The notes below the pieces were generated by a model. That model made no database searches and was not told the DNA's origin. It worked only from the letters and a program-made list of their open reading frames with translations. This document shows, piece after piece, positions 36,216 through 44,533 of a DNA stretch of 64,000 nt. Position numbers and translations under genes: made by a program. Source of the stretch: an uncultured Candidatus Saccharibacteria bacterium (GTDB taxonomy: Bacteria > Patescibacteriota > Andersenbacteria > UBA10190); contig CAYHTZ010000002.1 of assembly GCA_964359735.1 (NCBI GenBank), positions 22,937 to 86,936 on the forward strand, written 5' to 3'. Numbering within the stretch: position 1 is the first letter of the stretch; every line of letters starts with the position of its first letter.

Positions 36216-38932
36216 ACCCTAAACTTGCTCTGATTGATGCTCATGCGCTCATCCATCGCGCCTATCATGCTCTGCCGCCCATGAGTACACGGGAGGGGCT
36301 GCCCACCAATGCAGTCTTTGGGTTTACAACTATGCTGCTTAAGATGTTTTCCACGCTGAAGCCGACACACGTGGTCGCCGCTTTTGATGTGAAAGGGAAA
36401 ACATTTCGGGCCAAGGAGTATGCCGAGTACAAAGCGCACCGCAAAGAAATCGATGCAGAACTCGCGGCGCAGTTTGAACCGGTGAAAGATGTACTGAGAG
36501 CATTTAGCATCCCGGTCATTTTTAAGAAAGGTTTTGAAGCTGACGATGTGATTGGCACAATTGTCGAGCGCTTGAACGGTAAGATGCGTACGGTGATCGT
36601 GACAGGCGACATGGACACGCTGCAGCTGGTGGACGGCGACACGAGCGTCTTTACGTTGAAGCGCGGGGTCACGGACACGATTCTCTACACGCCGGAGCTC
36701 GTGCGCGAGAAGTACGGATTTGGGCCCGAGCACATTGTTGATTACAAAGGACTCGCGGGGGATCCCTCGGATAATATCCCCGGAGTGGCGGGGGTGGGGC
36801 AAAAGACGGCCCAGGAACTCATTACCCAGTTTGGGTCGGTGGAAGAAATTTTTGCGGGCGTAGGAAAAATTCCTGAGAAGCTGCGCAAGAAGCTGGCAGG
36901 CAAAAAGAAAGAGGCGTTTCTCTCGAAGAAGTTGGCGACGATTAAGCGGGACGTGCCCATCGCGTTTGTGATTTCCGAGGCGGAGCTCGCCGGCTACGAC
37001 ACCGAAAAAGTGCGCGACGTGTTTGAGAAGTTTGAGTTCAGAAGCCTCTTGGCCAAACTACCGGCGGGAGGAACGGGCATACAGCCGACACTGTTTGCGG
37101 CTGCCCAGAAGACAGTAGACAGTAAACAGGATACAGAGCTGCCGGAGAATTATCATTTAGTAGAAACAAAGAAAGATGCGGAAGTGTTCAAGAAAGAGCT
37201 CCAAGGGGCCAAGATGGTGGCATTTGATACAGAAAACGATTCGCTAGGCGTGCAGTACCCCATTGTGGGTATGAGTTTTGCTGTGAAGAAGGGGAAGAAG
37301 ATTGAGGCCTACTATGTCCCGGTGAATCCCGAGAGTGTGAAGGCGTGGAAAGGCGTATTGGAGGATCAAGATATTCCGAAGACGGGCCACAACTTAAAGT
37401 ACGACATGAAAATATTGGCCCAATCGGGTATTGAGCTTAGGGGAGTTGTATTTGATTCCATGCTGGCAAGCTACTTGCTGCACCCGGGGGCGCGAGCACA
37501 TGGGCTGGACACGCTGTCGGTGCAGGAGCTTGGTCACCACCCGATCCCGCTGACCAGTTTGATAGGATCAGGCAAAGACCAGAAAAGAGTTTCGCAGGTG
37601 CCGGTAATCGAGTTAGCCCGGTACGCGGCGGAGGATGCGGAGCTGGCGCTGCGTTTGTACGAAGCGCTGAGCGGGCAGCTTAAAAAAGAAAAACTGACGC
37701 GCGTGTTGGAAGAGTTGGAAATGCCGCTTCTGCCGGTGTTAGTAGACATGGAACTCACGGGCGTGGCGGTGGATGCGGGGCAGCTCACGAAGTTGCAGAA
37801 GACGGTGGCCAAGCGGATTGAGAGCTTGCAGCGCCGGATATGGAAGGAAGCGGGAGAAGAGTTCAATATTAATTCTACGCAACAGTTGCGCGAGATATTG
37901 TTCAACAAACTCAAGCTTTCAACAGTGGCGATTGCTCGCAAGCAGTCTGGGTTTTCGACAGCGGCCAGTGAGCTGGACAAACTGATGGGCCAGCACCCGA
38001 TTATTGGACTTTTGGCGCAGTACCGGGAGCTCACCAAATTACAGAATACCTATATAGAAGTGTTGCCGGAGTTGGTGGCTAATAAGACAGGCAGGATTTA
38101 TGGCGAGTTTAACCAGGTGGTGGCGGCCACGGGCAGGATTTCGAGCCAGAACCCGAACTTGCAGAATATTCCCGCGCGGACAGAGCTGGGGCAGGAAATT
38201 CGGGCCGCATTTGTAGCACCGAAAGGGAAAGTGTTGGTGAAAGCCGATTACTCTCAAATTGAACTCCGGCTAGCCGCACATTTATCACAAGATGAAAACA
38301 TGACTGCCGCCTTTCGAGCCGGGGAGGACATTCATGCGGCCACCGCCGCCCGGGTGTATGGCGTGGACGTGAAGGATGTGCAACCGAAGCAGCGTCGAGC
38401 CGCGAAAACGCTCAACTTCGGCGTACTGTATGGCATGGGGCCGCAAAGTTTTGCGCGGGCGGCTAAGGTGAGCGTGGAAGAAGCGCGTTCATTTATTGGG
38501 CGGTATCGGGAACAGTACAGTGGCCTGACCAAATTCATCGAGGCTACCTTAGAAGAAGCACGGGCGACCCAGACAGTTACGACCATGTTTGGCAGAAAGC
38601 GCCACATGCCGGAAATTAACTCTCGTGCGCCCATGATACGCGCGCAAGCAGAGCGGGTAGCATTTAATTTCCCCTTGCAAGGCAGCGCGGCGGACATTTT
38701 AAAGAAAGCGATGATTCAGCTTCACGAGCATTTAAAGAAAAAGTATCCCAAGGCAAAACTGGTGCTGACCGTGCATGACGAACTGGTTGCAGAAGTGCCC
38801 GAAAAAGACGCCAAGAAGGTAGCGGCCGACATGAAGAAAATCATGGAAAGCGTAGCCACGCTGGACGTGCCCCTGGTGGTAGATGCCTCCGTCGGCAAAA
38901 ACTGGCGGGATATGACCCCTACCCCCGCCTAA
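36197..38932 (+). CDS. polA: DNA polymerase I (5'-3' exonuclease, 3'-5' exo-like domain, polymerase).
   Basis: LALIDAHALIHRAYHALPP 5' nuclease signature; pol-A motifs (DYSQIELR, RRAAKTLNFGVLYG, VHDELV). Confidence 0.9.
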   Translation: MLFMARNPKLALIDAHALIHRAYHALPPMSTREGLPTNAVFGFTTMLLKMFSTLKPTHVVAAFDVKGKTFRAKEYAEYKAHRKEIDAELAAQFEPVKDVLRAFSIPVIFKKGFEADDVIGTIVERLNGKMRTVIVTGDMDTLQLVDGDTSVFTLKRGVTDTILYTPELVREKYGFGPEHIVDYKGLAGDPSDNIPGVAGVGQKTAQELITQFGSVEEIFAGVGKIPEKLRKKLAGKKKEAFLSKKLATIKRDVPIAFVISEAELAGYDTEKVRDVFEKFEFRSLLAKLPAGGTGIQPTLFAAAQKTVDSKQDTELPENYHLVETKKDAEVFKKELQGAKMVAFDTENDSLGVQYPIVGMSFAVKKGKKIEAYYVPVNPESVKAWKGVLEDQDIPKTGHNLKYDMKILAQSGIELRGVVFDSMLASYLLHPGARAHGLDTLSVQELGHHPIPLTSLIGSGKDQKRVSQVPVIELARYAAEDAELALRLYEALSGQLKKEKLTRVLEELEMPLLPVLVDMELTGVAVDAGQLTKLQKTVAKRIESLQRRIWKEAGEEFNINSTQQLREILFNKLKLSTVAIARKQSGFSTAASELDKLMGQHPIIGLLAQYRELTKLQNTYIEVLPELVANKTGRIYGEFNQVVAATGRISSQNPNLQNIPARTELGQEIRAAFVAPKGKVLVKADYSQIELRLAAHLSQDENMTAAFRAGEDIHAATAARVYGVDVKDVQPKQRRAAKTLNFGVLYGMGPQSFARAAKVSVEEARSFIGRYREQYSGLTKFIEATLEEARATQTVTTMFGRKRHMPEINSRAPMIRAQAERVAFNFPLQGSAADILKKAMIQLHEHLKKKYPKAKLVLTVHDELVAEVPEKDAKKVAADMKKIMESVATLDVPLVVDASVGKNWRDMTPTPA

Positions 38933-38942
38933 CGGCCGGTAC

Positions 38943-39029
38943 TCCCCCTTCGTAAGGGGGAGAAAGGTTTTGTAGGTCAGTTTTCCCCTCCTTACGAAGG
39001 AGGGGATGGTCGACCCGCCGGCTGGCGGG
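38943..39029. terminator. Three consecutive GC-rich hairpins after polA; two of them belong to the CCTT-NNN-AAGG repeat family.
   Basis: CTCCCCCTT-cgt-AAGGGGGAG, CCCCTCCTT-acg-AAGGAGGGG and CCCGCC-ggct-GGCGGG. Confidence 0.45.
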
Positions 39030-39108
39030 GAGACGGGGAGGTGTATACTCTTGCTCTTTTTTGCAGTCTGTTGTACAGAGGTTAGCTAAGTCTTAATTAA
39101 GAAATCTT

Positions 39109-39363
39109 ATGAGTTTTGAATCCATTTCCCGCAGTGCGATTTTCTTTGTAGTGATGGTTGCTATGGCGCTGAGCCTTTCTCCTACGCGCCAGCCCTTCCC
39201 AGCACCTTCTCCAAGCCCTACTCTGGAACCTCTGCCGTCACCGTATGTTGAGAAGGAATCGCCTGAAGTTGATCTGGATTTTGATCTTGATAGTGAAGGT
39301 GGTTTGTTTCCGAAGCCATATAACGGATCGCAGCCTGAGTCGGATCAAGGTATTCCTGAATGA
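39109..39363 (+). CDS. Small secreted Pro-rich protein, with a paralogous leader to the gene at 39881.
   Basis: Signal peptide MSFESISRSAIFFVVMVAMALS and a Pro-rich mature part. About 110 nt of the 5' UTR plus signal-peptide sequence is duplicated at 39821-39940. Confidence 0.4.
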   Translation: MSFESISRSAIFFVVMVAMALSLSPTRQPFPAPSPSPTLEPLPSPYVEKESPEVDLDFDLDSEGGLFPKPYNGSQPESDQGIPE

Positions 39364-39405
39364 ATAAGAGGAGAACGGGATTCCTGAAAATGGTTTGGTG
39401 TAAAC

Positions 39406-39430
39406 AGCTGCGTAACGCAGGTTTTTGGTT
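39406..39430 (+). terminator. Small stem-loop followed by a T-run after the 39109 gene.
   Basis: CTGCG-taa-CGCAG followed by gtttttgg. Confidence 0.35.
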
Positions 39431-39491
39431 ATTGAATAGTCACTTCCTAGCTTGAAAAATTTGGGTGGAAGGTCTAGCACTAATAGTAAGT

Positions 39492-39827
39492 ATGAAAGGG
39501 GTAGTTGGATTACTTGTAAATGTTTTCCTGGTGGGTGTTTTGATGGTCCCGTTTGTAGAGGCTACATCTACGCCGTTTCCTGAGCCCTCCTTTATCAAAT
39601 ACAGAGTTGCGTGGATGGACTTGGCTACTGGCGTTATTACTCGTGGGGCACCAATATACGACAGCCCTAACGCGGCGCAATGGTGGGCGGACACATGGAA
39701 TTGGCTCTTTCGCGGCAGCAGGTTTTACTGGGTAGAAGCGGTGGACATGCTCACGATGAAAATGGTGCCGCTCCCGGCTGCTCCCGCGCCAGCCGCTCCA
39801 GCTCCCATGCCAGTAGTGCCACTTTGA
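39492..39827 (+). CDS. Small secreted protein (hypothetical).
   Basis: MKGVVGLLVNVFLVGVLMVPFVEA signal-like N-terminus; Trp-rich mature region and a C-terminal PAAPAPAAPAP tail. Confidence 0.35.
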   Translation: MKGVVGLLVNVFLVGVLMVPFVEATSTPFPEPSFIKYRVAWMDLATGVITRGAPIYDSPNAAQWWADTWNWLFRGSRFYWVEAVDMLTMKMVPLPAAPAPAAPAPMPVVPL

Positions 39828-39880
39828 GCCCTTGCATTTTTTGGGGGTCTGTTGTACAAAACCTGGTTACATCTAACTGT

Positions 39881-40501
39881 ATGTTTATGAATTTTGAGAA
39901 TGTTGCCCGCAGTACGATTGTGTTCGTAGTCATGCTTGCTATGTCGGTGAGCACAGTGAGCGTGGCGTCGGCTGAGGTTCTCACGCCTCGCGAGCCGATT
40001 CCCGCTCCAGCGCCAGGTGCGGGAACCGTAGAGCTTCTTCCACCTCCGAAGGTGCAGACGCCAGAGCTTTTACCCCCGCCGAAGGAAGTTCCACGCGGTC
40101 CTGTCAAGGTTAAAGCGGATGACCCAAGGGTGCGAGAGATTCTCACTAGACAATTCAAGGATCTCGAGGAGAAAATTCCTTCTATAAAAGATCCTCGCTT
40201 GCAACAGCTGGCCTGGGAAGGATTCTTGGCCCGTTTGCAGCGGTGGTACAGTGTGAACTGTGATGCAAAAACAGGCGAAGCAAAGAATAGGAATCCAGTG
40301 ACCACGGCGAATTGTGCTGCGGTGAAAGAGCTCATTCGACAGGTGCAAGGGAAAATCTCGTGGCTCCAAGGAGTAATTGATAAGAGGGTTGCCATGGTGA
40401 CCCCGCTGCCGGTGCCGACAACTGTGGTTTCAACTTCAAGTAATACTTCAGATGCTCAAGTCCTCGCGAGTATCATGAGTGAAATCGATCTCGTGCTGTA
40501 A
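39881..40501 (+). CDS. Secreted Pro-rich protein, paralog of the 39109 gene.
   Basis: Signal peptide MFMNFENVARSTIVFVVMLAMSVS, PAPAPG...LLPPPK repeats, and a conserved upstream GTCTGTTGTACA motif. Confidence 0.45.
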   Translation: MFMNFENVARSTIVFVVMLAMSVSTVSVASAEVLTPREPIPAPAPGAGTVELLPPPKVQTPELLPPPKEVPRGPVKVKADDPRVREILTRQFKDLEEKIPSIKDPRLQQLAWEGFLARLQRWYSVNCDAKTGEAKNRNPVTTANCAAVKELIRQVQGKISWLQGVIDKRVAMVTPLPVPTTVVSTSSNTSDAQVLASIMSEIDLVL

Positions 40502-40524
40502 GATAAGAGCTTACGTTTATGCTA

Positions 40525-40552
40525 AAGCGCCCACGCACCGTGGGCGCTTTTT
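40525..40552. terminator. Bidirectional rho-independent terminator between convergent genes.
   Basis: AAA-GCGCCCAC-gcacc-GTGGGCGC-TTTTT: an 8-bp GC stem flanked by A-runs and T-runs. Confidence 0.65.
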
Positions 40553-41597
40553 ACGATCCGAATCTGGCGACGCAGAGATTGTACTGGTCAATTTGGGCGT
40601 TGAGTTGGTTGGCTAGATCAATCAGCTCATTGTTAATAGCGTTGAGCTGGTCAATGAAGCTGTTGTAGGCTGAGCGGCGCTCTTCAATTTTTGGTTCCAA
40701 CTCGCGGGCTTGGTTGTGCAGAGCTTCGCCTTCCGCCCACAGCCGCTCGGCTTCTTCTTGGTCACCCCGGCGCGCGGCGGCGTTACCCTCTTCAATTTTT
40801 TGGTTACCTTCACGCACTAAGCGATCGTGCTCGGCAATCAAGCGTTCCAGCTCAGCTTGGGTGCGGTCGAGTTCTACTTCAATTTGCTCAGTGAGGGCTT
40901 TCTTTTGATCAAACTGTTGGCGCAGCGTGGGCGAAGGGCCGGGGCAAGCGGAGGAAGGAGTGCCGAAGGTTTGCACGGCCAGCCAGGTTTGCTCACCTTG
41001 GAAAGTGCCTTGAGCTGTCGCGACACCTATTTCCGCAAAATGTTGGTTCAGAATATTAGCGCGGTGGCCGGGGGAAGACATCCAGGCGTTCACCAAAGCA
41101 GCATCTCCGGCGAAATTCCCCAGCGCTAAGTTTTCGCCGACGGCGATGTAGGCGTAGTTGGTATCCTCCACCCAATCGGCGGGCCCGCGTCCGTCGGGGC
41201 CAATGTGGTCGAAGTACTGTTTTTGGAACATGTCGTTCACCTTGGCCTGCGCGGCTGCTGCCAGCTTGGCGTTGAGAGGGAGAGCGGGTAAGCCCGCCTC
41301 AGCGCGGTGGCGGTTCGTTTCCGCAATGGTGCCAGAGGCGGTAAGCGTTTGTGCCGGCGCATCAGTGCGGCCGCGCAGCGGACCGGGAGTGGTAATTTCA
41401 GTGACGGGTTGCTGAAGTACAGGGAGAGATGGTAGGGAGATACCTTGCGGCAAACTTACATTGGGCAAGTTGTTGGTAAGTTCACTCAGCTTGCTATTCA
41501 GTAAACTGTTGGGGTCTTGCCACTGCTGCACGCCTACACCCACACCACCGAGAATTACGGCGAGTAACACTAGTAAAACGATGACGCGCCCGAACAT
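40551..41597 (-). CDS. CAP/SCP/PR-1 superfamily secreted protein with a C-terminal coiled-coil.
   Basis: N-terminal TM/signal segment; CAP motifs (HRAEAGLPAL, GENLA, SSPGHRANIL, FAEIGVA); a Glu/Arg/Leu-rich heptad tail. Confidence 0.7.
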   Translation of the reverse strand: MFGRVIVLLVLLAVILGGVGVGVQQWQDPNSLLNSKLSELTNNLPNVSLPQGISLPSLPVLQQPVTEITTPGPLRGRTDAPAQTLTASGTIAETNRHRAEAGLPALPLNAKLAAAAQAKVNDMFQKQYFDHIGPDGRGPADWVEDTNYAYIAVGENLALGNFAGDAALVNAWMSSPGHRANILNQHFAEIGVATAQGTFQGEQTWLAVQTFGTPSSACPGPSPTLRQQFDQKKALTEQIEVELDRTQAELERLIAEHDRLVREGNQKIEEGNAAARRGDQEEAERLWAEGEALHNQARELEPKIEERRSAYNSFIDQLNAINNELIDLANQLNAQIDQYNLCVARFGS

Positions 41598-41635
41598 ATG
41601 GTGTAGTTATACCTCAGAGTTTGGTGCTTGACTAA

Positions 41636-43558
41636 TTGTCAAAAAGTGATAATTTAGCAGGCTTACATATGGTAATGATAGGTACCACTCTTGGTCACTT
41701 TCTGACGGTCAACTTCTTGTATTTTGCCCTGTCTTTTGCCTGGGCAGTCGCCTTGCTCTCGGTGCGTAACCTCGTGCATGTATCGTGGACTGATCGGAAA
41801 GAGCTCGTTCTTCTTTCTGTCTCACATCTGGGCATTCTGGGGCTTAGTTACCTTTTTCACGAATTTAGCCCTCTCCTTTTCTTTTCTACTTTTATTAGTT
41901 TGCTTTTTCTGGGAATGAGCTCACGGTTTCTGTCTGGCTACACGTGGGCGGGAAAGTATTTCTTCACTTCAAACTTCTTACTGTTCTTATTCGGTCTCCT
42001 GTGGAGCTTCTGGTTCATTCTCACTATCCCCGTCAGTCCGCTGACCCGCGGTCTTATGCTCGTAGTGGCACCACTCCTGCTCTTAACTCTGCCGAGCAGT
42101 GTCGTGCAGTTCTTGGAACAGTTTGAAGTCCTCTGTCGCAAACGTTGGGTGCGGCCCCGGTTTTCTTTACCGAGCGAGCCTCGGATGAATTATCCAAAAA
42201 TTTCCTTACATGTTCCGATCTACGCTGAGCCGCCTGAGCTGGTAACGGAAACACTGAATGTCCTATCGCGCATAGATTACCCCAACTTTGAAGTCTTGGT
42301 GGTGGATAATAATACAAAGGACGTGGACTTATGGAAACCGGTTGAGCGGCATTGCCGCACCCTTGGGGAGAGGTTTAAGTTCTTTCATGTTGACCCTCTG
42401 GCAGGTGCCAAGGCCGGGGCTTTGAATTTTGCACTCACCAAAACTGCGCCCGATGCCGAAATTGTCGGAGTGATAGACGCCGACTACCAGGCTCAACCAG
42501 ATTTCTTGAAAGCACTGGTGGGATACTTTGACGATCCCAAAATGGGCTTTGTCCAGACGCCGCATGACTACCGGGCTTGGGAGAATAACGCTTACCTGCG
42601 TATGTGCTACTTTGAGTATAAAATTTTCTTTCACACCACTATGGTTAGTATCAATGAGCGCGATGCGGCTCTGACGGTGGGTACTATGTGCTTGATTCGG
42701 AAAAGTGCGCTGGAGCAGGCTGGTGGGTGGGCGGAGTGGTGTGTAACTGAAGATTCGGAATTGGCCATTCGTATCCATGCCATTGGGTACTCATCGGTTT
42801 ACTTAACCCAATCGTTCGGGAAGGGCCTGATTCCTGAGACATTCGCCGGGTATAAAAAGCAGCGCTACCGCTGGACGGCGGGCCCCGTTCAGGAGTTCAA
42901 GCATCACTTTAACCTTCTGATGCTTTGGCCTTGGCGTACGCCTTCGCTGCTGACTGTGGCTCAGCGGATCCATCATTTCAACCATGGGCTGGATCGGTTC
43001 ATTGTGGGCTTGGGACTCCTTCTCACACCCTTGGGGCTCGCGGTAATTGGCTCAATGGTGTTTCACCACGAAGTTGTTCATGTGCCTTTCGAATTGTGGT
43101 TAGGAGCCACCGTGTTGTTAGTATCGAGCATCTTCTTACACTGGATGTTGTACAAGGTAACGCTGGGAGCTTCGTTAAAGAATACGGTGGGAGCCCTGCT
43201 GGCTAGCAAAGCGCTCAGCCATGTGATTTCGATTGCGAGTTTCAAAACGATTTTGAGAACCCAAACGCCGTGGCATCGAACAAATAAGTTTACCGTGGCT
43301 TCGACGTTCGGGAGAGCATTATCGGCGGCAAAAGTGGAGCTCCTGTTGGGTGTCGCAATCCTGGCGCTGGTGGTGGTTGCTTTTATGCAGCTGCCTCTAC
43401 CGGGGCTCTTGCTAATGTTTCTGATTGGGATGAGCTATAGGGGGTTAGCGTACCTGGCTGCACCGTTGCTGGCGCTCATGGCAGAGATGAACATCAAGAA
43501 ACTGGCGACAGCTGTGGATAATTCCTCTCGCACAAGTGGTGTCGTATTCGCAGAGTAG
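41636..43558 (+). CDS. Processive family-2 glycosyltransferase (cellulose/chitin-synthase-like) with N-terminal and C-terminal TM domains.
   Basis: YPNFEVLVVDNN...VIDADY...Q(KQ)RYRWTAG carries the D, D, D, QxxRW signature. The start could be the internal Met at 41669. Confidence 0.7.
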   Translation: MSKSDNLAGLHMVMIGTTLGHFLTVNFLYFALSFAWAVALLSVRNLVHVSWTDRKELVLLSVSHLGILGLSYLFHEFSPLLFFSTFISLLFLGMSSRFLSGYTWAGKYFFTSNFLLFLFGLLWSFWFILTIPVSPLTRGLMLVVAPLLLLTLPSSVVQFLEQFEVLCRKRWVRPRFSLPSEPRMNYPKISLHVPIYAEPPELVTETLNVLSRIDYPNFEVLVVDNNTKDVDLWKPVERHCRTLGERFKFFHVDPLAGAKAGALNFALTKTAPDAEIVGVIDADYQAQPDFLKALVGYFDDPKMGFVQTPHDYRAWENNAYLRMCYFEYKIFFHTTMVSINERDAALTVGTMCLIRKSALEQAGGWAEWCVTEDSELAIRIHAIGYSSVYLTQSFGKGLIPETFAGYKKQRYRWTAGPVQEFKHHFNLLMLWPWRTPSLLTVAQRIHHFNHGLDRFIVGLGLLLTPLGLAVIGSMVFHHEVVHVPFELWLGATVLLVSSIFLHWMLYKVTLGASLKNTVGALLASKALSHVISIASFKTILRTQTPWHRTNKFTVASTFGRALSAAKVELLLGVAILALVVVAFMQLPLPGLLLMFLIGMSYRGLAYLAAPLLALMAEMNIKKLATAVDNSSRTSGVVFAE

Positions 43559-43848
43559 AAGAGCAACACAAACACATATGACTGGGAGGGAAAGGCCGAA
43601 CCACTTTTGCGGCTTTTTCTTCCTGTGGTATAGTGGAGGGCTAGCATAAAAATAAACACTTGGTCAGGGGGATCGATTTTTTTGTGTATCCCTCGCCAAG
43701 ATGTTTTCTCCTTCAGTAACTGAATGTATGACAGGCCAGCGGCAAGCTGGCTTTGTTTTGTTTAGCCCAGCTGTCGCTCACTGCGTGAGCTATGGCGGGC
43801 AAGGACTTTTGAAAAAACATTATGGTGTCTTGAAGGGAGGTGAGCGAT

Positions 43849-44454
43849 ATGAATAAGCGAATTGTGCTTTCTAGCATGTCCATCTTCGCCTCGCTCGCCT
43901 TGGTCACCGGTGCCACCTTTGCATTCTTTAGTGATGTAGGGACGAGCAATGACAACGTGTTTGCAGCGGGAGATCTTACTCTACAACTTGATGACGACAA
44001 TGAGCCGACATTCGCAACTAACGATGACACTGTGACAGCTTCATTTGGTGCTAGCGACATGGCACCAGGTGACTCAGTAACAGATTTTGTGTCTCTTCAC
44101 AATGGTGGCTCTATCGACATTGCTGAGATCGAACTTGGCGCGAATAAGACTGCTGGTGATGATGCTTTGGCTGATGAATTGCATCTGACTGTCTTAACGG
44201 GCGCTGACTCAGCTTGTACAGGTGGAACTGATCATACTTCTGCCATCAACACACAAATTGGAGGTGGTGTAGGTCCTCTGACCCTAGCTGAGCTGATTGC
44301 TGCTGACTATGATGCCCTACCCGGGCTCGCTGTGGGGGCTGACTCCTTTATGTGCTTAACCACTGAATTCGATGCGACCGCTGGTGATGCACTGCAGGGA
44401 ACTTCAATAACAGTTGATGTGGTATTCACTGCTCATCAGGACGCAAGTCAGTAA
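43849..44454 (+). CDS. TasA/CalY/camelysin-like secreted protein with a SipW-cognate-type signal peptide.
   Basis: MNKRIVLSSMSIFASLALVTGATFAFFSD is a SipW-cognate signal. NVFAAGDLTLQLDD resembles the start of mature TasA. Good GGGAGGTGA Shine-Dalgarno sequence. Confidence 0.6.
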   Translation: MNKRIVLSSMSIFASLALVTGATFAFFSDVGTSNDNVFAAGDLTLQLDDDNEPTFATNDDTVTASFGASDMAPGDSVTDFVSLHNGGSIDIAEIELGANKTAGDDALADELHLTVLTGADSACTGGTDHTSAINTQIGGGVGPLTLAELIAADYDALPGLAVGADSFMCLTTEFDATAGDALQGTSITVDVVFTAHQDASQ

Positions 44455-44533
44455 TCTTCTTAGTTAAAGCCGGTGGCTCGTTGTAATTGGGCGGGCACCG
44501 GCTTACGGACGGGGAAATTCTTAAGGATAGAAA

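Noticed and set aside
36200-36802. 200-aa minus-strand ORF overlapping the polA 5' end.
   Set aside because: Antisense to the 5'-nuclease domain of PolA; no recognisable features.
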